Assembly: GCA_965240325.2 (NCBI GenBank)
Contig: OZ251250.1
Location: 930,001-994,000 of the forward strand
Direction: 5' to 3'
From: Rebecca billardiae RCC1528
Lineage: Eukaryota > Protista > Haptophyta
Length of the DNA stretch: 64,000 nucleotides
A model generated the notes under the pieces. It searched no databases. It was not told the origin of the DNA and saw only the letters and a list, made by a program, of their open reading frames with translations. A program made the position numbers and the translations under genes. Of the stretch, positions 46,462-58,301 are shown in pieces (within the stretch, counting starts at the first letter, position 1; the number at the start of each line of letters is the position of its first letter).

Positions 46462-48400
46462 TAGCCTGGTCCATCCCGATTTTCGCCACTGAAAAAGCCT
46501 TTTTCGGATTTTGGGCGCCTCATTTCTCCCGATTTTTCTCGTCGCTCGTCGCGCTCGTCAAAAATCGCCACCGGCCGTCCGACGGCTCGCCGCGACGAGG
46601 TCGGAAGGGGCTCGAGAGCCTCGACTGGACGACTGCGCCGCCTCATGTCAGGTGTAGTGCTGGACACATCGTTCGGGTGCCCCGGCGGTGTGCGTGCACA
46701 CCTTAAGCGACATGTCTGCGTTGCTTCCGCCGCCCGCGGTCCGTCGCCAGGTCGACTTCTCGCCCGACGGCGCGCGTCGAACGCTCAGCTGCTGGGTTGC
46801 GCTGCGCCTTCGAGAAGGGGCACCTCCGGGAATATGCGCGGCACGCGACGGCTCGCATGGGGCACCGCCTACCCCTAGCATGTACTCGATGCCACCACCA
46901 GCGTTGGGCGCGCTGCGCATCGCCAACGCTTCATCCGGCCAGTCCCGTCACGTTTGCGCATGGGTCGCCCAAGGCGGCGGCAGTCGATTTGTGCTTCTCG
47001 TGGAGCTGTATGACGGGCTGGGGGCGATCAGGACGGCTCGCCTTGCGGGGCTGGGTATGTACAGTTACATTGTAGTGGCTGCCGGCTGACTCCCATCCCC
47101 TGGGTGCTGCTTTACCGTCGTGGCCTTTGCTGCGAGCACAAGGTCGAGGATCGTACCGCGGTCTGCGAGGCAGAGTCGACGGAGTCGTCGCTTGAAGATG
47201 GTTGAGAGCGCTCGTACGTCTTCCTTGGTGTCGTGCGGCTACTCCAGCACGCAAGGCTCGCGCTTTGGCACGTGTTTGGTGTCCATGGGTGGCACATTGT
47301 GCCATTCGGGTGGCTCGGAAGCACGTGCTCGGGTGTCTTCCCCGTTTACGTGCGGTGGGTCAAGTCACCACGCACGGCCAGAGCATGTCATGGCACGCGG
47401 AGGGTGCCCATGAACGATCCCCACCCCGGTGGTGGCCGTAGGCGCACTCGAAGCGGTCGCATCGTCACCCGCGGATCACATCAGTCCGCCGTTGAGGCTG
47501 TCGGGCGAGCAAGGACGTGCGATCTGACCCTTGGACGAGCAGCTAGAACCGCGATTATGCCTCGTCTAAGGACGCACATGTCGTCGTTGTAGGCAGTACG
47601 GATGCCCCAAGTGAAAGGGCGGGCGTGGCACGCGACTTGACAGCTTGAATGACTCGATGCACGCCGCCATGGACACGCGATCCGGATCCGTTGCGAACCT
47701 GCCGTGTGGCTCACGGCGGCGCGCGTTGTGCCGCACATCGGCCAGTCGCCACGCAGGAGATGGTCTCCAGACCAGGTCCAGCACCTGACCGACTGTCGCA
47801 CGCCTGGCCGGGTGGGAGTCCGGCCCTCTTCTTGTCTGCAGGAGTGCGCGGAAGGCCAGGCGGAGCCTCGTCCGACCACTGCACCCCGAGCGCCGCACTA
47901 ATCGTGCAGCCTGGGACAGCTACCCACCTATGGCGAATATGTAACGACATACTGGCATTTAATTACACAGACTCAGAACGCATATTTATGCGGGTAAATT
48001 TCCCATATTATGCGGGTACAAATGGGTAATATAGTCAATCTTGCAGTAGTTGAGTACGGCCACTTGCGCACAGACCAGAGCCCATCCTAATGGCCTGTAC
48101 CAAGGTTCATGTTCGCCTCGACGTACGCCAATAAGTAAGTTCGTGCGTTTGGGCTCATTTCGGCTAAGTACTTACCCACATTCAGACTGACGATTCTCTA
48201 TGTGTCCGTAGTTGTCCGCGGCGCGCGCGCGCACGCTCACGACGGGCCGCGGATGCGATTTTTAGGCCGAAACTTTTGCTCCGCCCGGGCTGGGCCCATT
48301 TGCTACGCTGTTTCCGGGTGTGAGCGCGCGCCTAGGGGCCCGCATTCATTATTTGGCGATAAAATCCCCGAAAGTGCTCCAGTGCGTTTGGACCAGGCTA
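46462..48400. mobile_element. TIR-bounded degenerate DNA transposon
   Basis: 12-bp perfect inverted termini TAGCCTGGTCCA (46462-46473) and TGGACCAGGCTA (48389-48400), with A/T-tract-rich subtermini and stop-ridden, lower-GC interior. TSD unclear (tttag vs tgtag). Confidence 0.55.
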
Positions 48401-48782
48401 TGTAGTTAATCGTCGTTTCAACTTATTCAGTCTGCTCTGATGCCTCCGCGCCTGCCCGCCCGCCGCCCCCCCGACCCCGAAAGGCGGAATAGAAGATGCC
48501 CCGACCGCCCTTGCCGAAAGGCACCTCCCTTAGGAGTCGATGCCTTCCGGCGGGCGGAGCGTTATTTGAATGTCGTTATACGGTTTGCGCGTGCGCGGGC
48601 ACTTACTCGGACAGCGCCCGCCGCCAAGAAGGCCAGCCTGCGCGCCCTCCTCGGTCGTCCGCCGTGGCGCGTGCGCGTCGAGGCGCATGACGGCTTTCGC
48701 TGCGGCAGTCGTGCCCGTGCTCGCGGTTCATGCACGCCCCAAGACAGATACGCATGTCTGGCATGCGGTCTCCTCGTCGACA

Positions 48783-50012
48783 TCAGCGAGCGCCGCCGGG
48801 CGATGGCGATGGCGGCGCCGCTGCGGCGCCGAAGGTGGCCGCAGCCTCGAGGCCGGCAAAGCCGACCTGGCCGACCTTGGCGCCCGCGACCGCACACGCG
48901 CAGCGCAGCGCCTCCCTCGGCCCCGCGCCGCGCGCGAGCGCAAACACCGCCGCGCCGATGAAGCTGTCCCCCGCGCCCACCGAGTCCACCACCCGCTCGG
49001 GCGGGAAGGGCGGCTGGTGCAGCCCCTCGCCCGACGCGCTGTCCAGCGCGTACGCGCCGCTGCTGCCCCAGCCCACCAGCCACAGCGCGCGGCAGCCGCT
49101 CAGCTGCGCGCTGAGCGCGCGCAGGCAGCGCAGCGCGAGGTGCGACTCGACGCCCGGCTCTCCGCCCGCGCCCTCGCACGCCGCCGCCGGCGCGCCGCGC
49201 TGCGCCGCAGCCCCACCCGCCGCTGCACCCGCCGCAGCAGCGGCAGCGGCACCACCCGCCGCCAGGATGGCTGCCGAGTTCTTCTCGAGGAATTCGCGCG
49301 AGAGGAAGATCGCGTCGCACAGCGCAAAGACGGGGAGCAGCTCGGCGGGCACCATCTGCGGCTTCTCCACCTCGAGCGAGAGCACGCGCGCCCCGCCGCC
49401 GCCACCGAGCGCGCGGGCGCCGCGCGCGGCTCGGAACGCCTCCGCCATCGTGCGCACCGCCGGCATCTCGCGGCACTCGAGGTGGCACCAGCGCAGCGGG
49501 CCGAGCTCGGCGGCCTGCGCGTCGGCGCGCTCGAGCATGCGCGCAAAGTGCGCCGGCGAGAGCTCGCGGCAGCCGCGGCGCGTCGAGACGATCGTGCGCG
49601 AGCCCGTGTCGCGCGCGAGCGTGATGAACGAGGTGGGCTGGCCCACGCCCTCGCCGCCCACCTCCTCGACGAGCGAGGTGTCGACGCCGTCCGCGCCGAG
49701 CGCGGCGAGGGCGAAGGACGAGTCGGGGTCACGCACGCTCGGAACGACGCCCATCCACGACGCGCGGCACGCCGGCGCGTGCGCGCGCAGCAGGCGTGCC
49801 AGCACCTCGCATGAGTTGCCTGCATTGCCGCCGCGCCGCCGCACCGAGCTGAGCGCGCGGCAGGAGGAGTCCTCCGCGGGGTACGTGGGCACCTCGTTGA
49901 GCACGTCGACGTACACGCCGCCCACGAGCACGAGCCGCCCGCGCTCGATCGCAGCCATCGGGAAGGGTGCCCCCACACCGTCAGTGTCGCGCGCGCGCTT
50001 CGTCGGCGCCAT
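48783..50012 (-). CDS. KHK: Ketohexokinase-like PfkB family carbohydrate kinase
   Basis: LVGGVYVDVLNEVPTYPAEDS..R..RRRGGNAGNSCEVL, GSRTIV, WCHLECR, SLEVEKP, WGSSGA, PPERVVDSVGAGDSFIGA (PfkB signature with KHK-type motifs). Confidence 0.88.
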   Translation of the reverse strand: MAPTKRARDTDGVGAPFPMAAIERGRLVLVGGVYVDVLNEVPTYPAEDSSCRALSSVRRRGGNAGNSCEVLARLLRAHAPACRASWMGVVPSVRDPDSSFALAALGADGVDTSLVEEVGGEGVGQPTSFITLARDTGSRTIVSTRRGCRELSPAHFARMLERADAQAAELGPLRWCHLECREMPAVRTMAEAFRAARGARALGGGGGARVLSLEVEKPQMVPAELLPVFALCDAIFLSREFLEKNSAAILAAGGAAAAAAAGAAAGGAAAQRGAPAAACEGAGGEPGVESHLALRCLRALSAQLSGCRALWLVGWGSSGAYALDSASGEGLHQPPFPPERVVDSVGAGDSFIGAAVFALARGAGPREALRCACAVAGAKVGQVGFAGLEAAATFGAAAAPPSPSPGGAR

Positions 50013-50104
50013 CGTTCCACCCGTTCCCGCACCCGGCTCGTGGCGGCAGGATGGCGATCAAGTGGCGCGTGGCCGGCGTGCGGCCCGAGAGAAACGTGAC
50101 TTGG

Positions 50105-51090
50105 GCGCCGCTCGCCGCGCTGGCGGGGCGGCAGGGACCCATACGCGCCTTCGAGCCCCCGGCGCCCGCGTGCGCATCGGCTTCCTCCGCCTGCGAGTCG
50201 CCCGCGACCGCGGCCGCCGCGCTCTTTGAGTGGGTTGACCGCGCCCAAGCCTGCTTGCCGCCGAGCGCAGGGATGAGTTGAGCGCGGCGCGAGGCGGCGA
50301 TCGCGGTCGGGCGATCGCGTGAGCCCATCTGCGCCCCATTTGCCACGGCGCGAAAACTTCAGCATGCTCATGTGACCCCACTTGTCATTGTTGTCTCATG
50401 TCGGGTAGCAGGTGAGCACTGTCGGCCAGCATGTCCGCGCGCGCGCGCGAGCGCGCGCGCGCAGGGCTCTACAGGTCGGATGCCTCTCCGTGGCGTCTCG
50501 TGATGTCTGCACTACGCAAACTGGCTGGAACGATTGGTCCGCATCTGTAGTTCTGTGACGCCTGCCGTGTTCGCGACGAGAACTCAAGCAAGTTCTTCTG
50601 GCAACCAGAGTTGCCGTCAGCATTGACGCACGTTGCGAGCTGGCAGAGAAGTGAAGGGCATGCCCTGGTGGCCCACGCTGGGCAATACACTGCAATCGGC
50701 ATGCCCTGATGGCAACTAGAGACGTGTTTCCGACCCGTCTGGCCCTGCGCAGGCGCGGCGCGGGCGGACACGCTGGCCGACAGTGCTCGCCTGCTACCCG
50801 ACATCCATGACAAGTGGGGTCACATAAGCATGCTGAAGCGTTCGCGCCGTGGCAAATGGGGCGCAGATGGGCTCACGCGATCGCCCGACCGCGATCGCCG
50901 CCTCGCGCCGCGCTCAACTCATCCCTGCGCTCGGCGGCGAGCAGGCTCGGGCGCGGTCAACCCACTCAAAGAGCGCGGCGGCCGCGGTCGCGGGCGACTC
51001 GCAGGCGGAGGAAGCCGATGCGCACGCGGGCGCCGGGGGCTCGAAGGCGCGCATGGGTCCCTGCCGCCCCGCCAGCGCGGCGCGCGGCGC
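50105..51090. repeat. Long foldback inverted repeat (arms ~50105-50465 and ~50742-51090, ~280-bp spacer)
   Basis: Arms are near-identical reverse complements, reflected in mirror ORFs MANGAQMGSRDRPTAIAAS on both strands. Confidence 0.93.
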
Positions 51091-52227
51091 AAACAGCAAC
51101 TCCTCGACAGCAGAGCGCGTGGACCGCCGCGACGTCGAGGTCGTCCGCCCGCCCCCGCCCCTCCCGTCAACGGCCGCGGCGGTCCCGCGTGCTCCCACTG
51201 TGGTCCGGGCGCTGATACGGTCGTGTCACGACCGTATCAGCTCCCGGACGTGTTCACACTAATCGCCCTTCGTGGGACCGGGGTGGATGCTGACGACACT
51301 GTACAAAGTGTCGTGGGTCGACGTCGACTCGCCCAGTCGCCCCGCCCGCGCAAGCACGGGGGTAAGCGGCCGGAAGGCAAGCCACACTCCGTTGGGGCTC
51401 ATCCGATAGTCATATCAGTTATCACCTGATCTGAGGGCCAGGCCTTCTGCGTCGGATATGATAATCTCGCCTGCCTGAGCTGTGTCGGCTTCTCTAGCTT
51501 ATTCTTTGAGCAGTAAACTGTACATATGACCGCCGCTTGATACTTTACACTTACAGCACACCTTCCCCAACCGACAGAGGGGCTCCACATTCCATCCGGC
51601 CTACATCCTCATGGCCTGACTCCTCGGACCCGGTCACCACTCACCCGACTCACGGACGGTGTCGGGCATGTCGCAGGTACGGCGGGGCACTCTCCCGTCT
51701 CCGCAGTGTCACTGTCACTGTCAGCGCCGCTGTCAGCGGGCCGTCCGCGGCTCGGCCGGCCCGGACGGCGGTGCCCCAGCGGTTCCTGAGTTCGGCCCGA
51801 GTGCCGTCATTGTTGGCAGCATATCACCCGCCTGGATGATCTGTATTGAACACTCTGACTGCTGCATTTGACTATCGTCGAGGCGCCTGTCACTCATCGT
51901 CGAGGCGCCTGTCACTCACTCGAGCGGGCTCACCAGTCATCAGTCCCTCCGTGGCCTTTCACAGACTGACGGACGCCCGGACTCCGACTGCGCCGCGATG
52001 GCCGGGCCTGGCGGCAGTGGCGGCTTGCTATTGCTCAGCAGCTGAGCAGCAGTGGGTGAGTGCAGTGAAACAATGGACGAAAGGCTTGGATGAACGACTG
52101 CTCAGTCAGGTAGCCTATCCGGTGGGCGGACGGCGCTCGATGCGGCCGATGGCGATGAATAATCGTTGTTGCAGAAGATTGTTGTAGTAGTCGATGACGG
52201 CCACGTAGTCTCCGCGTCCTTCAGATT

Positions 52228-52476
52228 TCATCCGCCCGCCATGTTCCCGCCCGCGGCTGGGAGGTGTGCTTGATGGACGTCGAAGCCGGCTGCAGCCCCC
52301 AAAGCGTGCTCCTGGTGGTGCTTCTGGATGCGGCTTTTCACCTGCCACCTAGTCAGCCCGGGCACAGCCATGTGCGCGTGGATCTGGGCGCACGTCGCCG
52401 AGCTTACACCGCCGAGCGCGATCAACGCCGCGTTGAACGCGTCCTCGACCTCAGGGGTCCATGCCAATCGCTGCAT
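52228..52476 (-). CDS. Small GARP (SHAQKYF-class Myb-like) DNA-binding domain protein
   Basis: RLAWTPEVEDAFNAALIALGGVSSATCAQIHAHMAVPGLTRWQVKSRIQKH matches the GARP pattern RLxWTxELHxxFxxAxxxLGGxxxATPxxIxxxMxVxGLTxxxVKSHLQK. Confidence 0.75.
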   Translation of the reverse strand: MQRLAWTPEVEDAFNAALIALGGVSSATCAQIHAHMAVPGLTRWQVKSRIQKHHQEHALGAAAGFDVHQAHLPAAGGNMAGG

Positions 52477-52908
52477 CCTTACGCTACGGCTGTTCCCGTG
52501 GCGGTACGCTCGTGGACAGCGTACTCGCTTCGCCGGGGGTGGTGGGTCGCACGCCGGGCACAGTCCCGACTCCCGCGGCTGGGTGGTAAAAGGATGTGTG
52601 CAGCTGGATGGGCACGCGCGATTCGCCGAATCGCCAATTCGCCGAATTCGCCGTCCATGAGTCCATCATTTGATGGCCCTGCTGCAGTGCAGCTGCAGCT
52701 GATGCAGATTCCTGAACAGTCATTGTCGTCCACAGAAGGAATCTCAGATTGAAGATCATTCAGGTTGTCGTCTGGGAATCCGGACCCACCCGCCGAACCG
52801 TTCGAAGAGCATGGCGCCGCCGCTCGGCGCACGCGCAAGCACACGCCGCAGGAGGACCTGGGCGTGACATGCCGCGATCTCGCACGCGAGGTGGTGCGCG
52901 TGAGGACC

Positions 52909-53289
52909 ATGCGCACCCGAAGAGACCTCACAGACGCGCGCGACATGGACAACGACCTGCGCAAGGTATCTGAGCTGATGGCCGAGGCTGAGAAGTGCCG
53001 GCGCGCCATCAACGACGACGACAAGTGGATCAAGCAGGCGAGCACCACCATCAAGCACGAGCGAGAGGTCATTCGGGATGTCGGCAAGCTCCGAACGGCA
53101 TATCGCAAAGGCGCCGCCGCACTCCTCGCGCGCTGTGCCAAGTCAGCCGCATGGCTGAGGCTCCAGACGGGCTGCGCGCGCGTGCAGGCGTCTCACGACG
53201 GAGGGCACGTCACCGGCACGGGCGTGCTCAAGACCGCCAACGCCCCGTCGGGGCAGGCCGACGCGACCCAGACGACTGTGGTCTATTGA
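52909..53289 (+). CDS. Hypothetical coiled-coil protein
   Basis: Charged helical sequence (DMDNDLRKVSELMAEAEKCRRAINDDDKWIKQ); the frame is open further upstream to 52765. Confidence 0.35.
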   Translation: MRTRRDLTDARDMDNDLRKVSELMAEAEKCRRAINDDDKWIKQASTTIKHEREVIRDVGKLRTAYRKGAAALLARCAKSAAWLRLQTGCARVQASHDGGHVTGTGVLKTANAPSGQADATQTTVVY

Positions 53290-53617
53290 TCGGATGCGCT
53301 CGGCGCACTCTCAGGCCGTGGTGGGTGCCCACGCGCGCGTGTGTGCTGCCACGAGCACCGCGCCGGGGCCCGGGCCGCACTGGGCCGCGCCGGACCGCCG
53401 GACGAAGTGTGTCTGTCGATGACAACGGTATAGATGACGTATACTACTACAGTACTCAGTAGGTAGGCGTGAGGCGAGAGAGTTCAGATTGACGCCCGCC
53501 AACTGCTGACGCCGCAGACGGGTTTACTGTCCCCAATAATATCATCGCTTGCGGACGTGACGAGGTCGTGCCCCCTGGCCCCTTGGTCGTCCGGGCACGC
53601 CCGCCTGCAGCGCCGCC

Positions 53618-54506
53618 TCAGCGCATGTCCGTCACCGTGACGTCGACGTCGGCGCCGAGTAGCAGTGCGCGCACCTCCGGGCCCTGCTGTTCTCCATCCG
53701 CCTCCGCCTCCGCGCCCTTGTCGCCGCCGCCGCCGCCGCCTCCAGCCGTGGCCGCCGCGCCGCCGGCCGCCGGCGGTGCGAGCCCGACGGTCGCGCCGGT
53801 GGGCAGCGCGCGCACCTCGAGCGCGGAGCCCTCGCTCAGCCTCACCCGCGCCTGCACCGCGGGCAGCTCGTACCCCGCCGCCAGCACGTCGTTCGCCGCC
53901 GAGAGCGTGTAGCGCGCCAACACCGAGTCGAGCGCGCGCGCCAGCGGCCCGACGAGCGCGAGCGTGGAGATGGCGCCGACCTCCGCGGCGTTGGAGGAGA
54001 CGGCGAAGGCGGAGAGGGCGGAGTAGTCCAGCTCGGCGCGCACGCGCGCGTGGTTCGGCTCGCTCGCCGCCACCGCGGGGTCCTCCGCGCCGCCCGCCAC
54101 GCCGCCGCCGAGCGCGGCCGCCTCGGCCGCGGCCGAGCAAGGCGGCGCGGCCGCGTCCGCGCCCGAGCTGAGCGCGAGGGTGCCCGTGGCGGTGAAGGTG
54201 GCGGTGAAGGCCTCGTGCTCGAGCATGGCCACGCGGCCTCGCAGCGCGCTCGAGCCGCGGCCGAGCCGCCCGCTCCGCGCGTTCGCCACGAGGCAGCCCC
54301 CCAGCGTCGCCAGCGCCAGCAGGCCCAGTGCCACCGCGCCCGCGAGGGCGAGGCGGTGGCGCGCGCTCAGCAGCGGCGGCGCGGCGGCTGTGGCGTGGGC
54401 GTGGTTGGGTGCTGCGCGCGGCAGGGCGGGGCCGCTGCTCTCGCCGCCGCGCTCGGCGTCGTGCAGCCCGCTGCCGCCGAGCAGCGCGCCGACGCCGCCG
54501 CCGTCC

Positions 54507-54552
<46 letters not shown>

Positions 54553-56746
54553 GCTCAGTGGGGATGGGGGTGGACTGCGAGCGCTCGGCTGCGCCCGCAC
54601 CCGCCGCGTCGTCCTCGCCGCGCCTTCGCTCCCTCGCGCGCAGCACGAGCGCGGCCGCGCCCGCGCTCCCCAGGAGCACCGCCCACGCGAGGGCGGTGCC
54701 CACCTGGCCGCAGCAGCCGCGCGCGCCCGCGTCGGGGCGGCTGAGCACGGCAAAGCGCGCGGCCAGCGGCGCGTCCACGCGCACGCGCACGGCGTCGGCG
54801 CCGACGCTGGCGCCCCCGCCGCCATCACCGCCCCCGGGCGGCTGCGCCGGCCCCCCGGACTCCCCCCGCCGCGTCCGGTCCGGCGTCGCCGCCTCGAAGT
54901 TGAGCCTCGGCGGCGCGCTCGCCGCCAGCGTCAGGTCGAGCTGGTGACGTGGGTATTTCTGGGTCAGGCCGGGCACGCCCCACGGCGCGTAGGTGGCGGT
55001 GGTGAGGAGGGCGAAGAGCGCGGCCGAGCCCGACGAGCCGGGCGGGGCGCCGCCGCCGAGCAGCGGCGCCGGCGCGCCGGGCGTGCCCGCGCCCGCGCCG
55101 CGCGCCGGCGGCGAGGGCGGCGGGTGCGGGTGCGGCGGCGGCTGCCGCGCCGCCGAGCGCCGCCGCCGCTCGCGCAGCGCACGCGCGGCGCGCGGCGGCG
55201 GCGGCGCGGCGCGCGGCGGGCCCCGCTGCGCCAACGCCCGGCGCCGGCGCACGCCGGCGCACGCCGCCCCGCCCTGCCCGCGCTCGGGCGCGGCGGCCAC
55301 GCTCGGCGCCGCCGCCGCCGCGGCGGCGGGCCCGGCCGCTCCCGTGTGCGCCGGCACCAGCACAACCCCGGGGCGGTGGGGCGGGCGCAGCGCGTGCGAG
55401 CCGTCCCGGAGCAGGGTGAGCGCGAGCTCGCCGCGCTCGAAGAGCGCGGCGAAGAGCGCGTCGACCAGCCCGGACGAGACCACCGCCTCGTACTGCCGCC
55501 GCAGCGGCGGCCGCGCCGCCGCGCGGCCGCTGCCGTCCGCGCGCGCCGGCAGCGGCGGCACGCCCCAGCCGCGCACGGCCGGCGCGCGCGGGTCCGAGGG
55601 CGGCGTGTCCGCGGCGAGGCGCGCGTGGAAGGGGAGCTCGAGGTACGCCGCGCCGCCGGCCTCCTCGCGCGGCAGCACCGCGGGCTCCGCCGCCGGCGCG
55701 AGCACGAGCGTCAGACCCGCCGCCACGGGCACGCGCAGCCGTCCGCGCGCGCCGAGCGCGGCGCTCGCGGCGCCGAGCTGCGCGCGCAGCCCGTCGCAGA
55801 GCGCCGCCTGGATGGCGGCGGAGAGGTGGTCGTCCCACGTCTGCAGCAGGAGCGCGGTGGTGGCCTCGGCGACGCGCGCGAACACCGAGCCCGCTGCGGC
55901 CCCCGCCCCGCTCCCCCCGCCGCCCCCCGCCGGCCCCGCCGAGACGGCGATCTTTGAGCCATCGACCGCGCAGCTGCCCAGGGAGAGGGACAGGCAGGGC
56001 GGCGCGCGCTCCGCGGCCGCGTCGGGGGTGAGGGCGGGGTCGGCGGCGCACGCCGGGCGGCGCGAGAGCTCGACGCTCACGCGCGCGGGCACGCCCGTCC
56101 CCTGCGCGTGCACGCGCGCCGAGTGCTCCCCCAGGCTGCCGCCGCCCATCGCGGCCGGCGCGCGCAACGAGACGGTGGCGGTGGCCGAGCAATTAAAGCT
56201 GAGCGCGCCCGCGGACGCGGCGAGGGTGCGCGGCGGCTCGAAGGCGATGTCGAGCGGGCCGTCGAGCGCGATCGTCGCGCACCTCGCCCCGTGCACGCGC
56301 CAGTCCTCGCCCTGCGCCAGCGGCTCCGGGAACGGCGCGCGCTGCACCGCGCGCAGGCTGGCGTGCGCGAGCGAGTCGGCCGCGTGCGCGAGCGCATCCT
56401 CGCGCAGGAAGAGGGCGACGGTGGTGCGGTCGGTGCGGGAGGCGGGGCCGGCGGGCGACGTGCCGTTCGGCCAGTGCACGTCCGTCGGCGCGCTCGACGG
56501 CGTCGCCCGCGGCCGCACGCCCACGCTCACGGCCGAGCCCAGCATGGCCGCCGCCGCGAGCAGCGCCGCCGCCGCGCACGCGCAGAGGGCGCAGGCGCGC
56601 GTGCAGCCCGCGCGGCGGGCGGCGCGCGCGGCGCGGGCGGGAGGGCCGGGCTCGCCCATCGCGGCCGCGTCGGCGCCCAGCAGCGGCCGCGCCGCCAGCT
56701 CGAGCGCGCGCAGCGGGGCGTCGCCGTCGGCTGGCGCCGTGGCCAT
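53618..56746 (-). CDS. BPI/LBP/CETP (TULIP) family lipid-binding protein, membrane-anchored
   Basis: ATG 56746, N-terminal anchor. BPI1-like VALFLREDALAHAAD...SLSLGSC...LSAAIQAALC. BPI2-like VVSSGLVDALFAALFERGEL, LTTATYAPWGVPGLTQKYPRHQLDLTLAASAPP, ANDVLAAGYELP...LLLGADV. Confidence 0.7.
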
Positions 56747-56869
56747 GCGGCGTCGGTGAGCGGGCAGCGGGTGCCAGCACCCGCGCCGCCGCGGCCGGTC
56801 CGGGCAACGAAATGCGCCCGGAGCGGAGCGGCCCAGCTGGCGGCGGCAGGGCGGGCCCAAATAATCACA

Positions 56870-58193
56870 ATGGCGGTGCCCATGATGGCACCGCCTCTCA
56901 GTGCGGTTGGGGCCGTACGGCAAGCGCATGGGAGTACCGGTGGTGTGCTCGGCGTGGTGAAAGAGCGCGCGCGCATGGTCGCCACTGCCAGCCCAGGGGG
57001 CTGGAGGGTGGGCGACCGTCTTCGCGGAGCTCTGCTGCCGCGTCTGCCGCGTCTGCTGCTGCTGCTGCTGCCGCTGGTGACGTGCGATGGGAAGCGCGGC
57101 CGCGACTTTGCTGGACTGGGCACACTGCTGCTGTCGCAATCCCACCCGGCGGGCGTGGAGAGCGCGTGCGCCCCAGATGGGAGATGGACGGACGCGTCTA
57201 TTCGGCAGGAGTTCGCGGGGGCGCTCCACAAGATCGGCAGCGCGCCAGTGCAGAGGCAGCCGTTCCCGCACATCGAGGTGCCCACGCTCTTCTCCGGCTG
57301 CTTCTACGCCGACCTGCTGCGCGAGCTGCCGCAGAAGAGCTCGTACGAGTGCGCCGGCTACCCGGGCACGTACGCGGCGTATGCGGTACACGCGCTCGAT
57401 CCCGCGCTCGGCGCGCGGCCCTCTTGGGCGGCGCCGCTCCGCGTGCCGGCTGAGTGCTGCCGCCCGCCCCCGGAGCGGTGCTCCCAGGGGGCGCTGTGCC
57501 GCCTGCAGCCCGCGGTGCAGCTGCACACGCCGAATGCTTCCGGCACGGGCCACACCATCAAGCTGTCGCACTTGGCGCAGGCGGCCTCCGTGCGCAGCGC
57601 GTCGCCCCTGTGGGTGGATGCAGCTCTTCCGGCTGGCGCACTCGCGGAACTTCACGCGGCTGCTGGTGGAGAGGTTCAGCCTGCCCGACGGGGATGGCAT
57701 CCCGGCGTGGAAGCGCAAGCTCGTGGCGAGGAAAGGAGGCAGCGCTGCGCTGCGCAACTCCGCAGCGCTCCGCATCGACCCCGAGTACTACCACCTCGCG
57801 CCGCACGTCGACGCGGTTGCCAAGATCGTCACGTGGCACTTCCACCCGCTGGACGGCGCGCTCGCCACGCGGCGCGCAGGGACGCTCTTCTACCGCCCGC
57901 GGCCCGAGCTGGCGGGCAAGTTCGAGGTGGACAACTCGACCGATACGAAAGGGTGGTTCATGTACGAGTACTTCGAGCCGGTCAAGGAGATGCGCGTGCT
58001 GCCCAACTCCTTCTTTGCCTTCGCACCCAACAGCAGGTCGTGGCACGGCGCGGCGGTCGACCCGAGCCAGTTGCGCGGCGCGCCGCCAGACGCGCGGCGC
58101 AATTTCCTTGGCTTTGTGACGTCCAAAGGGCGCGAGGGCCTCCACCACTTCGGGTTCGGCGACCAGTCAGCCGAAGCCTTCTGGCTGCCTTAG
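56870..58193 (+). pseudogene. 2OG-Fe(II) oxygenase-like gene with an apparent 4-bp frameshift
   Basis: N-part KIGSAPVQRQPFPHIEVPTLFSGCFYADLLRELP in one frame; catalytic PHVD...GTLFY...FAFAPNSRSWHG...RR in another. The frames join if the duplicated GTGG at 57610-57617 is collapsed. Confidence 0.7.
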
Positions 58194-58301
58194 TATGCGC
58201 GCGCGAAACGCTTAAAATATTATTATAATAGTAGTATATATATATATATATGTAATCTATAATGCATTTATTATTTTTGTTATTATTATTATAATAAACT
58301 A

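Noticed and set aside
47481-47879. Reverse transcriptase relic (GVRQ...AYNDDMCVL)
   Set aside because: No QG motif, spacing is longer than expected, no other RT motifs, and the segment lies inside a TIR-bounded element.
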